A stretch of DNA of 62,734 nt, the filler included, from Rhabdomonas costata (taxonomy: Eukaryota): NCBI GenBank assembly GCA_019059605.1. It is 28 parts of 28 records of this genome, joined end to end, with 100 filler letters (N's around TTAATTAATTAA, not from the genome) between each part and the next. Parts side by side here need not be neighbours in the genome. Positions count along the whole stretch, not along the records: positions 38,157 to 40,300 come from JAHMHO010005304.1; positions 40,401 to 42,544 come from JAHMHO010005305.1; positions 42,645 to 44,787 come from JAHMHO010005306.1; positions 44,888 to 47,030 come from JAHMHO010005307.1; positions 47,131 to 49,284 come from JAHMHO010005308.1; 23 more parts are not named here. The stretch is one strand, 5' to 3'. The position numbers and the translations under genes were made by a program. Within the stretch, counting starts at the first letter, position 1. Every line of letters starts with the position of its first letter. Of the stretch, positions 38,157 to 48,698 are shown one piece after another. Below the pieces are notes generated by a model. The model was given only the letters and a program-made list of their open reading frames with translations, made no database searches and had not been told where the DNA came from.

Positions 38157-40300
38157 CCTTCTGACGGTTCAGATGCCTTACTTCTCTTTGGGACGAGCTC
38201 CACGGATATAAAAGATATTATCCACGCGGCCAAATCCTCCCAACCTGCCCTGCCCGTCTTTGTGTTTCTTTCGTTGATCGAACCGATGAATGTGGTGAAC
38301 GGGCTGATCTCGATGGCGGGGGTATACTTCACAGCGTTTCTTCCTTCCCCGACCTCGGGCAAGGTGCAGCTCAGCATACACACCCGAGCAGCCATAGAGC
38401 AGCTGAATACTTCTCTGGGCAAGAGCCTGACCTTCTCAGCAATGGAAGGTTACGTGGCCGCCCAGTTGGTCGTTCAGCTTGTGGGGAGTGTTCAGGGATT
38501 TCCAAGCGCAGTGGGGCTAAAGCAGACCCTGTATTCCTCCTCCGTTTTTGCCGTTGACGAGGTCCGGCTTGGCCCTTACTTTGACTCATCGTGCGTTCCA
38601 GATAGCAAAGACGCAAGCTGCGAATGCAGTATCGGTGCCAGCAGCGTTTCCCTTCTTCGGTTTATCTCTCCTGGAGTCCTGGAATCAGTGCCTAATGGTG
38701 TGCTGAGCTTTGACACCTGCGAGGTGCAACCCACTGCGTCGCCCCCGTCGGGGTCGAGCGCGGGGCCAATTGGCGAAATTGTGGGAATCTCTATAACCAC
38801 AGGGGTTGTGCTCACATTGGTCTGTTGTCTCGGATTGTATTCTTTTGTACGCAAAAGGCGGGCACGTGATGCTGCCCTCAAGCTGGCACCGAAAGGAGAA
38901 GTGACTATCGCGTTCGCAGATGTTCAGGACAGCACGCGGCTCTGGGACGTCTGCCCTGGAATGCACGACGCTGTCGATGTGCACAATAAGATGGTGAGGC
39001 AACTGATTGAGCGCCACCAGGTGTCTGTGTTTTTGCCTCATTAAGGCGTCATGACACAGTGGGAATGCAGGGTTGGGTAGTTGGTAGGGAATCGTGGATT
39101 TTCAGCGCATTCACCACTATTGCGTCACACCGAATTGCGTCTATCTTCAAATGCATTCTCGGTCTTCACCTGCTTTTTCTCACAAATCGTCTGTGGGCAG
39201 TTTTCGTTTGACCCGCTTTCAGTGTTTCCTTTATAAAGGACACCCAACTGCCTTTCCTTGATGCAAGGAATTGGGCATGATGTGAGCAATAACCTGCATT
39301 CTTTATCGCAGGGCTATGAGGTGAAGACTCATGCAGATAGTTTCATGGTGACGTTCCAAGACGCAGACTCTGCGGTGCTTTGGGCGCCCGACGTCCAGGA
39401 TGAACTCCTGGACGTCAGCTGGCCGGATGACATCCTGCGGCAGAAGAGCTGTGAAGTGGTATACTCCACTGAGGCCCGAGACAGGGATGGCTACCCTGCG
39501 GTGTTGTTTCGCGGGCTTCGTGTGCGAATAGGAATGCACACAGGCCTCCCAGAGCCCGAGTACAACTCTCGAACCAACCGCGTGGATTACTTCGGGCCAA
39601 TGGTGCTAGCGCTTTGCTCGTTTAGCTCGTTTTTGAACCCGACTATTGCGCGGAAATGGAGCATGCGAAGGTCAGAAGGTTGTCTGAGACAATCGGAGTT
39701 TCCTGATAGGGAGTCCTTCTATCCTTCTTGGTTGATCTGTCGCTCGTAATGTTGCTCATAACACCTCAATAACCGAAAACTCTAAATCAAACGTTATTGG
39801 ACTTTCAAGCTAAAAAGGGGGTGGTGACAAAACTGGTGTATCATGGAGTTGTTTTGCTTCCTTTCGGGCTTTTCTTTGTGTGTATACCCCCACCTCTTTC
39901 TTGAGGTGACCACGGCAACTCCGAACACTGGCACTCACCTGTTCGTGCTATAATTGCGCGCACCCAGGTAAATTGTGCAGCACGCATTCATTCCCTGGGA
40001 ACGGGAGGGCAAGTTCTAATCTCGGCAGAGACGCAGGCCAAGCTGGTCTGCCCTGGCGAAGCGCGCTACCGTCGGGCACTGAAATATTTGGGGCGCTTTT
40101 CTCTTCGAGGCATGATGCATGAGCAGGACGTCATCCAGGTGAATTCGGTTCGCCTTTCGGAGCGGAAATTTCCAGACATCAACCCTGACGGTACTGTTTT
40201 GACCGAGGAGCAGCAGCGCGAACTGGAGTTCAATGAGCACATCTGTCTGACTCCCCAAGTATGCGAGGAGTGCCTCCGGCCCCTATTGTGCCCACACACA
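38157..40300 (+). CDS. Receptor-type adenylate cyclase (ESAG4/GRESAG-like architecture), partial; exons start-39020, 39312-39602, 39968-end
   Basis: Periplasmic-binding-protein-like AMEGYVAAQLVV, TM helix, then IAFADVQDSTRLW, GYEVKTHADSFMV, GLRVRIGMHTG, RVDYFGPM|VNCAARI, GGQVLIS, LGRFSLRG. Confidence 0.95.
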
Positions 40301-40419
40301 NNNNNNNNNNNNNNNNNNNNNNNNNNNNNNNNNNNNNNNNNNNNTTAATTAATTAANNNNNNNNNNNNNNNNNNNNNNNNNNNNNNNNNNNNNNNNNNNN
40401 GGCCGGGAGAGGAGGTGTT

Positions 40420-40538
40420 TTAGAGAAAGCCCTCCCAGCCCAGGATGTAGCTCTTCAGGCTGCGGGTGTACTGGGTGGGCACAAAGTACAGCGCCATGCG
40501 GTGGTTCCCAAAGAATTTCAGCGTGACGATGGAGTACC
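40420..40538 (-). CDS. Terminal exon of a hypothetical protein (YSIVTLKFFGNHRMALYFVPTQYTRSLKSYILGWEGFL*)
   Basis: CCAG acceptor, GC3-rich codons, TAA stop. Confidence 0.55.
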
Positions 40539-41259
40539 CTGGACCGAGCCCCATCCATGCAGGGCACCACGATGCGTGAGCTAGACGCGTTGCACCTAGA
40601 TGCGGTGCTATTGTATCCACCAATTGCCAATGTGTTCCGTTGATTGCAGCACGCACATCGGTGTCGGCTGACAGATGAAGCACAGCTATCAAACCACCAA
40701 GCCCTCTGAGGCAAGCAAAGGCGCACGGGGAGGGGGGTGAGGTGACTGTTCCATACCACAACGCAGAAGTGAGACATTTCGCTCGGTCCCTTGGTACGTT
40801 GGTGTACTTATCGACTTCGATTTTTTCCTCGAACGCTCGTTTCTTTGACTTTTGAATAATATTCGCTGTCCGCTGCAGTCGAGTTGAGTACCACCCACAC
40901 AGTCTCCGACGTCACGTTTAAAGCATACCAATACCTCTGCAAAAACGCCAGAAATTCTGCAAGGTTGGTTTCCGAAATATTTTATGACTCAGGTAGGCCA
41001 ACTCAAGCCAAGATTCCCAAACTCTCCACTTGCCGCGCCGCCGCTTTCTTCATGGCAGCGCACCCACCTGGGTGAGCGGCGATAGGCAACACCTCCACGT
41101 CCTGGATCGAATTGAATGGAAGCTTCTGGGTGTTGGTGTTGCTGGCCACCCATAGCTCGGTGATCGAGCTCTAAGGAAAGTCATTCCACCACATGGAGAT
41201 AAAGACAACGCTGGCAATGTCAGTGAGGCCACGCTATTAGACTCAGTTTCGTGTTTGGG

Positions 41260-41610
41260 CCTCTTGTAAAATTTTACGACTGTTTAGAACTGCAAAACGG
41301 TCTTAAATTCCCAAATCCGCATTGAATCATGTCTCTCCAGGGGGCAGAAAGCACTATTCCGGGGTTTGAACGCAACCGACTGACCACCCGTGAATCTGAC
41401 ACAATTCGTCTAACCCCCGTGCCCTAAAAATCAGCGCCTAAAAAAGTGACCAGTTCGGTGGTTTAGCAGTGCTTAGCCTCCGCATCTGAATCATCCAATT
41501 AGCCTGCCAAAGCCAAAGCCCAGCAACGGTTACTCCAAAAATCCGAAAGGCCAAAAACGTTCCACGTTCAGCGCAGTTAGGCATTCAGCGGTACCAAACG
41601 TATAACGCCC
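41260..41610. mobile_element. Another member of the MITE-like family seen at 27-115 and 1749-2125
   Basis: Ends in AAACGTATAACGCCC and shares TAACCCCCGTG, TCGGTxGTTTAGCA and GCCAAAGCCCAGC blocks with contig 1. Left boundary approximate. Confidence 0.5.
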
Positions 41611-42962
41611 TCCCCCCCATCCCATACTATTCCTGTATCCATCGAATCAGCGCCAGGGCACCCACCATGCACGTGAGGAAGTGCCCTCAGAAACGGGAGC
41701 ACATCAAATGCAGTTCAGTTTTTCGGATCGAGCAGTACGGAGCAGTGGTGAGATTCATGGGGATACTTTCAAGCATTTTCAAACAATATTTTTCTGACTG
41801 CTTTGCCAGTTGGTAAAAATTGAACCGTAACCTTGCACACAGCGAAGCCGCAGCGAAAAGCCCGCAACGCGAGAAGGGCAAAGGACGAATGCAGGAGTAC
41901 ACGGAGGTCCGTCCACTTAACGACTGCGCCTGCTCTGTTGTGTAAAATCTGACGCCTTCCCTCGATACAATCATGCTTCTGTTTCTGCGAAACAGTCTTC
42001 TCAACGGTTTTTTTGTGTCGCTCGCACTTCCTGTTCACCTTCTCGTCGAATTCACTGATTGTGGAGATGTGGTTGCAGGTGAAGGGGTGGGTAGTGCATT
42101 CCTTGATGGTGAGTCGGATCTTCTCCCCACGGGAGTTGTAGATCCCTCCCAAAGGAAGGTTGGGCTGCATAGCAAGCTGCGACCCACACAAGCGAGAAAG
42201 AATCGCATTTAGGATCAACATGCAGCAACGACTGTGGTGTATAATGAAAGCAAGCCTTACACATAAGAAATTAGACGTGAAATGCAGAACAAAACTATTC
42301 TCAGGTCGAAAACCAGGTTTTCACCTACGTATGTATTATAACGTCGACGTCCAAAAATATCATAGTTTTAATGCGCTTGTTTGGGTATGCATTTTGTGTT
42401 GTTTCGTGTGTGTGTGTGTGTGTGTGTGGTAATGCAGCCGGTTTTTCGGCCGGGGGGGAGGAGCCCTCCTTTTGCTCTTGCGGATCAGCAAACAAATGCA
42501 TGGCCCTTGTGCGTAATCTAGGAGCTGCATGCAATTCAAAAACANNNNNNNNNNNNNNNNNNNNNNNNNNNNNNNNNNNNNNNNNNNNTTAATTAATTAA
42601 NNNNNNNNNNNNNNNNNNNNNNNNNNNNNNNNNNNNNNNNNNNNGGGTTTTTTTCGACCACATGCGTTTATAGGAGTTAGTTTTTTCGTTTGCCAGTTAA
42701 AATACACGTTTTCTCTTTCCGGAAATCTAAAATCGGGTTGTTCAAGGTACTGTGCAAGCAACAACAGCACAGAACAAAAAAAGAGCATGGGGAGAAAACA
42801 GAGTTGCATACACGAAGGGGGACGTATAGTGCACAGTCAGGAAAGAACATCTTGACAAGGGGGAAGTCCAAGCGGGCCAAGACGGCAACGGCAAATGCAC
42901 CTGGGTTCGTGAGTTTGTCGGGTTAGATTGCGTTTTGAGTGACCTGTTGTTTTGTATTGCAG

Positions 42963-44724
42963 TGGCGGAGGGCAAGGAGAGTGTCAGCGAGCACGCCATT
43001 GAACAGGTTTTCTATCCCTACCTGGCCTTGCTCGAGCACGCGTGTGCCCACTTTCCGCTGAAGGACGGCCGAGTTAGGGTCTCATTCTGCTGGTACGACG
43101 TTGCCTTCCGCAAGAAGGTGTGATTCCCCCCAATCCCTTTACTTTCAGCAACAACTGTGGGAAACGGCATTTACAAAATTTGTGCCTCTGCTGCGGCTTT
43201 CCGTGACGGTAAGACTGACGCCGGTACGTGCAGGTGGCACTGCCCAGCGTGACCTGGGAGCAGTCTTGTGTGCTGTTCAATGCTGCTGCGGCGTACATGT
43301 TCCTGGGCACCAGCGAGGATCGCAGCTCTGCTGACGGGATCAAAAACTCCTTCAAGCACTTCCAGGCCGCCGCTGGGCATGCGGACCGTCTTTTCTTTCT
43401 TTTGTCATCTTGGTGCGGCTTGCCGAAAAAAAAAATTGCATGCTGAGTCGATGGCAGCCACCTCCCGTCGATTGGGCTGTCTGCACACAAGCTTTCAGGC
43501 ACCATTTTGGGTTTTTCGGACGTTATCTCAAATGAGCTTGGATGAGATCCCATCGTGAACAATGCTGACGATTGGAGTGGTGAAAGGGAGATGGAACAAT
43601 CCAATTTGTACCGTGCCGCAATGGAAATGGAAGAATCGGCATTCTCTCAGGGTGAATTCTCAGCGAGAATGCCTTTCGTGGTGTTCGGAAAAATCGGTGC
43701 TGAAGGGCGGCGTGCAACCAACCCCATTGGTGACTCCATGCACAGATTGTATGGGAGGAAAGGGCAACAATTTCAAAAGCAGACTGAAGTGCAACGTACA
43801 GCAAACTGTAAGTAAGACAGACTGTAGGCAAGCAATTAGAGGGGCAGGGTGGTTACGGAGAGCCATTTCCCATTCACCGCAAAACCCATTCAAAACATGC
43901 TCCCATTCCCCATTCAAAACATTTGCGGGGTATCACAAGGGTGAGGTTCTGGTTGAACTCTGGTTGACCACTCGGCCCATGGAGTCCAAGCGGTCCTTGG
44001 ACTGTCCCTGCTTGTTCTCAGGGTGCTGGAGTGCGTGAGGGCAAGGGTCAGCACTCTCAGCGAACGCCTCACGGTGGACCTCTGTACGGACGGGCTGGCA
44101 ATGTTCATCGCACTGGCCATGGCCTCGGCGCACCACTGCTCCTACCTCAAGGCTAGGAATGAGATGAAGGACAAGCACGCCGTGCTATCCAAGCTCAGCA
44201 TGGAGGCCAGCCTGCTGTACGACGGAGTCGCGAAGCTGATGGCCCACCCCACGGTTTCACCCCCTGCTTGCGTTCAGTAACACAATGCGGGCGCCCTGCA
44301 TCAGATCAATAGTTCAGTGTTGTGTTACTCTCCAGCTGGAAAGGAGGCAATCATAATTGTAGCTGTCCCAATTGCTAAACCGATTGTTGCGGTTGGTAGA
44401 TTTCTTATGAAAGAGTTTTCCCATTCCAAAGAAAATGGCTGCCGGCCCCGCAGCCGTCAGTTTGATCATTTTTCCTCTTTCTCCCTTCGCCCTATTTCTG
44501 GGCCTGGGCCAAGCGAATGAATGTCTGGTCAAAATGTTTGCACCCGCGAGCGGCAAGTCCACGCACCCGCGCCCTCCTGTGCAGCTCGCCGAGATCACTC
44601 ACCGCCGGTGGATCGGCCACTGTGAGTTCTCCCGGCAGCTGATGGAGGCCCGGGCCAACATTCACCTGGCAGAGGACTTCCTAAAGCAGGATGAGCTGGG
44701 CATCGCCGTGGCCCGCCTCCAAAG
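42963..44724 (+). CDS. BRO1-domain protein (ALIX/Bro1 family), partial; exons 42963-43117, 43234-43376, 44022-44253, 44585-44724
   Basis: VSFCWYD, WEQSCVLFNAAAAY, GIKNSFKHFQAAAG|VL, TVDL, LSKL, ELGIAVARLQ. Confidence 0.9.
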
Positions 44725-45779
44725 GTCGGCCACTTCTCATCTCTCTCCACTTCACTCCTGCCCCCCAACACCACACACACCCACCACNNNNNNNNNNNNN
44801 NNNNNNNNNNNNNNNNNNNNNNNNNNNNNNNTTAATTAATTAANNNNNNNNNNNNNNNNNNNNNNNNNNNNNNNNNNNNNNNNNNNNTGTTTTGGGATGC
44901 CAAAAAAAACGATATTGAACACCATCAGAAAAAATACAATTACAAACACTAGTGACTGTCAGCTTCGTGCCCCAAGAGGCAGGATTGAGATCTCACATTC
45001 GCAGCTTTGCCAACCTGGTAACAACATTTTTTTTTCGTTAATATCGTCTTTCAAAAAGTGATACTAAGACGACAGTATTCACTATCGTCTTCTTGAACTC
45101 ACCATCAACAGGAAGGTGGGGGACATACAAGCAGGAAATCCCAACAAGTCAGTATAGTCACACCTCCCTATTTTAGAGCAATTTGCCGTCCCCATGAAAC
45201 ACCTCCCCAGGGTGGAGCCCTCGGGTTGTTTGTTATTTAGAGGGTACACTCACTAGGTCTCCTAGCTCACGTTCTCTTAAAAACACGGGTTCAGGCTAGC
45301 TTTGCCACCTATCCACCGGCAAGTTTTTGAAGGGCCAAGAAGACAGGTAGGTGGGTCTCTTCCATGTCTTGCTATCACTCTCTGAAGTGTGTGATTGTTT
45401 TCGAGTTTCCACATGCGCGAGCGCGCGCGAAGACAAGAAAACCAAAGGGGGACTTCTTCAGTCCTTCAGCCCTTTTCTGTTAACGCCAAATCTCAATAGA
45501 ATTTGAATGGTCCTTTGCACCGCTTGCTCTCTGTCAGTGTCAGTGTCTCAGCGACCCCATTTCAGTGGGTCCAAGCCTGCACTCCCTTCCTTTTCCCGTG
45601 GCTGCGTCGGCCTTATTCTTCCTCTCTCCATGGCACCTGTAGTCTTTCTCTGCGGGGCTTCGTGTTTTGCGCATGAAGCGTTAGCCATTAGCGCACTCAG
45701 TTAGCCTGTGGCTTTGGGGACTCAGCATTGATCAGAGACTTCTTAGAAGAGCCAGTAGATGCTTGCGGGTAACCTTGCT

Positions 45780-46010
45780 CGCCTAGGACCCAAGAAAAGC
45801 GTTGCTGCCCGTTCCTGCTTCAGTTGGCATGATAAGTCCGTCTCAGCACCACCTAACTATTTGAGACTCACAAGCCACCCCACCCTCGTGAAGAGTTTCG
45901 CCGGCAGGCCCAACCCCACGCAGCAGGCTCAGCGCGCTCCCAAGGGCCAATCTCAGCCTTCTTTTTGACGTCTGACTCTTGCACAAACAAATTCAGCTCA
46001 GTGACGCTCT
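45780..46010 (+). pseudogene. Putative frameshifted remnant of a Fanzor/TnpB-like nuclease C-terminus
   Basis: SVSAPPNYL...HPTLV then, after a -1 shift, EEFR...SDSCTNKF. This resembles the remembered Fanzor1 order SxP...VDEFRTS...CxS...KFxxRD and lies ~85 nt upstream of structured repeat copy 2. Heavily decayed; by-eye call. Confidence 0.35.
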
Positions 46011-46095
46011 TTTCAGATGATGTCATTACAACAGCAGCACGTCGAGGTTTGGAGTCTGGAAAGATGGTGGAAAAGAAAGTGGTAAACTGCAAATT

Positions 46096-46191
46096 TGGCC
46101 TGGTTGTCTGGTGAGCCGGCACCCCCGTCTGACAACAAAGCTACAGGACCCTGCGAGAACTTACTGCGCGCGTATTAGGTTACGGGCAGCT
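46096..46191 (+). mobile_element. Copy 2 of the dispersed structured ~100-nt element
   Basis: GTTGTCTGGTGAGCCGGCACCCCCGTCTGACAAC...GCGCGCGTATTAGGTTACGGGCAGCTTTT. Confidence 0.8.
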
Positions 46192-46511
46192 TTTCTTTTC
46201 TTTCCTTTGTAAGTGTGTGCGTGTGTGTATCAAGGAGTCCGTGGCTACGGTCTTCCAGAATACCCTCTGGCGAGGGTATCCGAAGCAAATGGTCGAGAAA
46301 GTAATGGTCGAGAAAGTATGGCGGCGCTTCCTCTTCCAGGGGTGGCACGGTGAAGGAGCGCCGCCGCGGTCCCTTCAACCCAACGACCCCACCGAAAGTC
46401 CCCTCCTTTGTGGGAAGCGCGCACGTGAGAGCCCACAACCCAATGCCCGTCGTGCCCGTCGTCCAGCACGAATAGCACCGTATACGAATAGCACGAATAA
46501 CACCTTAAACG

Positions 46512-46576
46512 CCAAAACACCAAAAGGTATGCTGCTGCGCGGCCTGCTTGCAGCAGCACACCTGTTGGTGTTTTGG
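46512..46576. repeat. 27-bp inverted repeat (2 mismatches) with 11-nt loop
   Basis: CCAAAACACCAAAAGGTATGCTGCTGC versus GCAGCAGCACACCTGTTGGTGTTTTGG. Confidence 0.85.
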
Positions 46577-47345
46577 TGTGTTTTCTGTCTTTTGCATCGC
46601 ACAAAACTGGAAAATGTCACCGATTCAAAGGAAAACACAGTTCCGGCGAAATTTCCGAGAGTATTTACAACAGTAGTTGTCAAGGAGGTGGGACAACTAC
46701 TTTTCAAAAATATTTATTGGAAAAATATAAATGTAAAATACAAAATAAAATTAATAACAACCTGAGGGAAACGGATTCAAAAAAAACAAAAATTGAGAGG
46801 TTTGCTCAAAGTCAAGTTTCCTTGCAGACGTCTGCAGATGAAGGTGACTCTTCACTTCACCATGACAAGTTCATGGTACCATCAAAGTTCACACGAAGGA
46901 GTAGAGGGTGAACTATTTTAAAACCTTATTCAAGAAAGCAAAACCGAAGAATCCATTTGCTTTCCTACTACTACAGAGGGTTTAAAGAATTTTCGAAACC
47001 CTCCCTCCCTCAGGTGTGACCACACCCACCNNNNNNNNNNNNNNNNNNNNNNNNNNNNNNNNNNNNNNNNNNNNTTAATTAATTAANNNNNNNNNNNNNN
47101 NNNNNNNNNNNNNNNNNNNNNNNNNNNNNNGTTTTGTGTGGCGGTCACTTGAGATTATTTTGTCACTTTAGATTACCTCTCCTCTGCTCAGCTCTGCTCA
47201 GGTCTCTGGGAATATGTTATGGGACAACCACCAAATCCAGACTCTACATCTTTCCCAGATCTTGCATCTGCGCTGTTCAATATGCCAAGAATTGATTTGA
47301 CGACCCTGAATTACAGTGTTATGACTGAGTTCAGGGCTTCTCTCT

Positions 47346-47348
<3 letters not shown>

Positions 47349-47389
<41 letters not shown>
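47349..47389. repeat. (CA)n microsatellite; similar tracts at ~14748-14808, 34767-34812, 42406-42428
   Basis: Direct reading of dinucleotide runs. Confidence 0.9.
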
Positions 47390-47391
<2 letters not shown>

Positions 47392-47756
47392 CTTGTCTTC
47401 CTTTGGGGGAAGGAAGATAATATGGCCCATTTCGTGGCAGGACAGGTTAAAAAGACAGTCAGGGTCACCTGTGATTAGGAAGGTCTGTCTGTAAATCGCC
47501 GAAAAGGTAGAGAAAAACTCCTGCTGCTTCAATAGTTTAAGATTTTATTTTTGCAATGTGAGACATGTCTCTATTATCCACAGTCCGAATCCAAGAGACA
47601 TTTTTCAAACCCTTTTCACCTCTCACTTGTGCACGGACAATAACATACCCCCTGGTACTCTCAAAAAGCCTATCCCAACGTCGCTAGGAAAATCTGTACG
47701 GGGGTGTGCGACATACTTGGTAGCTCTTCTGGCAGACGTCTCTTTGTTTTTTGTAG

Positions 47757-48698
47757 GCCATTCCCGACGAGAGCGAGCGACAGAGCATGTTCCGCAGGCA
47801 CATTGACAGCCTGGCCCAGGTAATTGCCTTCCGTCTTCTTAAGCTCTTGTGTATTTGTGCTTTCTTGTTTCTTGTTGTTTTCTTGTTTCCCTGCTCTGTA
47901 CACAAAAGTGCCCAGGCCTCCTTTGGCTGTGCCCTCTTCGAGCCTACTCCTCCTCTTTTGTGAGGTCCGTGAGCTTTCCGTAGGATGATTTTCAGTGAAG
48001 GGAGGAAGGTCGCGAGCTTGGTCATCTGTTGCTCCCTGGTAACCCTGGTTGCTGTTTGCGCCTCTAAGAACCACTGGCTCCCTCGCTCTTGTGTCTACCG
48101 GCTGAGACCTGTTGACAAAAGAAAGGCTGGTCTGCTCACCTTCGCTGCTCATTTATTTTCAAAATACCTCCTAACATCTCACGTCTGATGCTGAAAACTT
48201 GCAGCACGGTATTCGCTTGTGCAACCGTGTGCAGCGCCGCAAGGAGGCATTCACAGCGCTGCTCAGCTCGGTGGACGCCCTGAACATCGACCTCCCTCTT
48301 CGGGACAACATCCCGCTGCTGAAGGACGACCGCAGGTGTTCTCCTTGTCCCAGTGCTTTTGCTGTGGTGATTGCCTTACTTTTGTGCTTAGCCGCGCGTG
48401 AAGAAAGGTGGACGAGCAAAATGGGACAGCGTCAGCGTCTCAAACTTGCATCTTCCAGAGGCATGCGTCTGGTGGTGTGCTCCAATCCATGACTTCTGCT
48501 TCTACTTCTGCTCAATGTCCCGTACCGCTTGGCAGGTATGAGGTAGTGAGTGTCCACGAGCGGGAAGTCCTCTACGCGGAGTACGTGGAGAAGCTGAAGC
48601 TCAAGCGGCTGCTCGCCTTCGAGGCCCTGCTGAGGTCGTTCGAAAAGGAGGTCGTGGCACGGACCAGCTCCGTCGAAGAGTTGGAGAACTTGCTTAAG
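47757..48698 (+). CDS. FF-domain protein (PRP40/TCERG1-like), partial; exons 47757-47819, 48235-48335, 48536-48698
   Basis: ERQSMFRRHI...|RRKEAFTALL...LKDDRR|YEVV...EREVLYAEYV...AFEALL gives tandem FF-repeat pattern; phase-consistent GT-AG introns. Confidence 0.8.

Noticed and set aside
41769-42221. 150-aa minus-strand ORF with Cys/His residues next to a MITE-like end, as a transposase
   Set aside because: No DDE or other recognisable domain by eye; evidence too weak.
46103-46140. Resemblance of GCCGGCACCCC..CGT to the Ingi/L1Tc 77-nt HDV-like ribozyme signature
   Set aside because: I could not build the P1.1/P2/P4 topology or place the catalytic C consistently across the three copies; no hammerhead core either.
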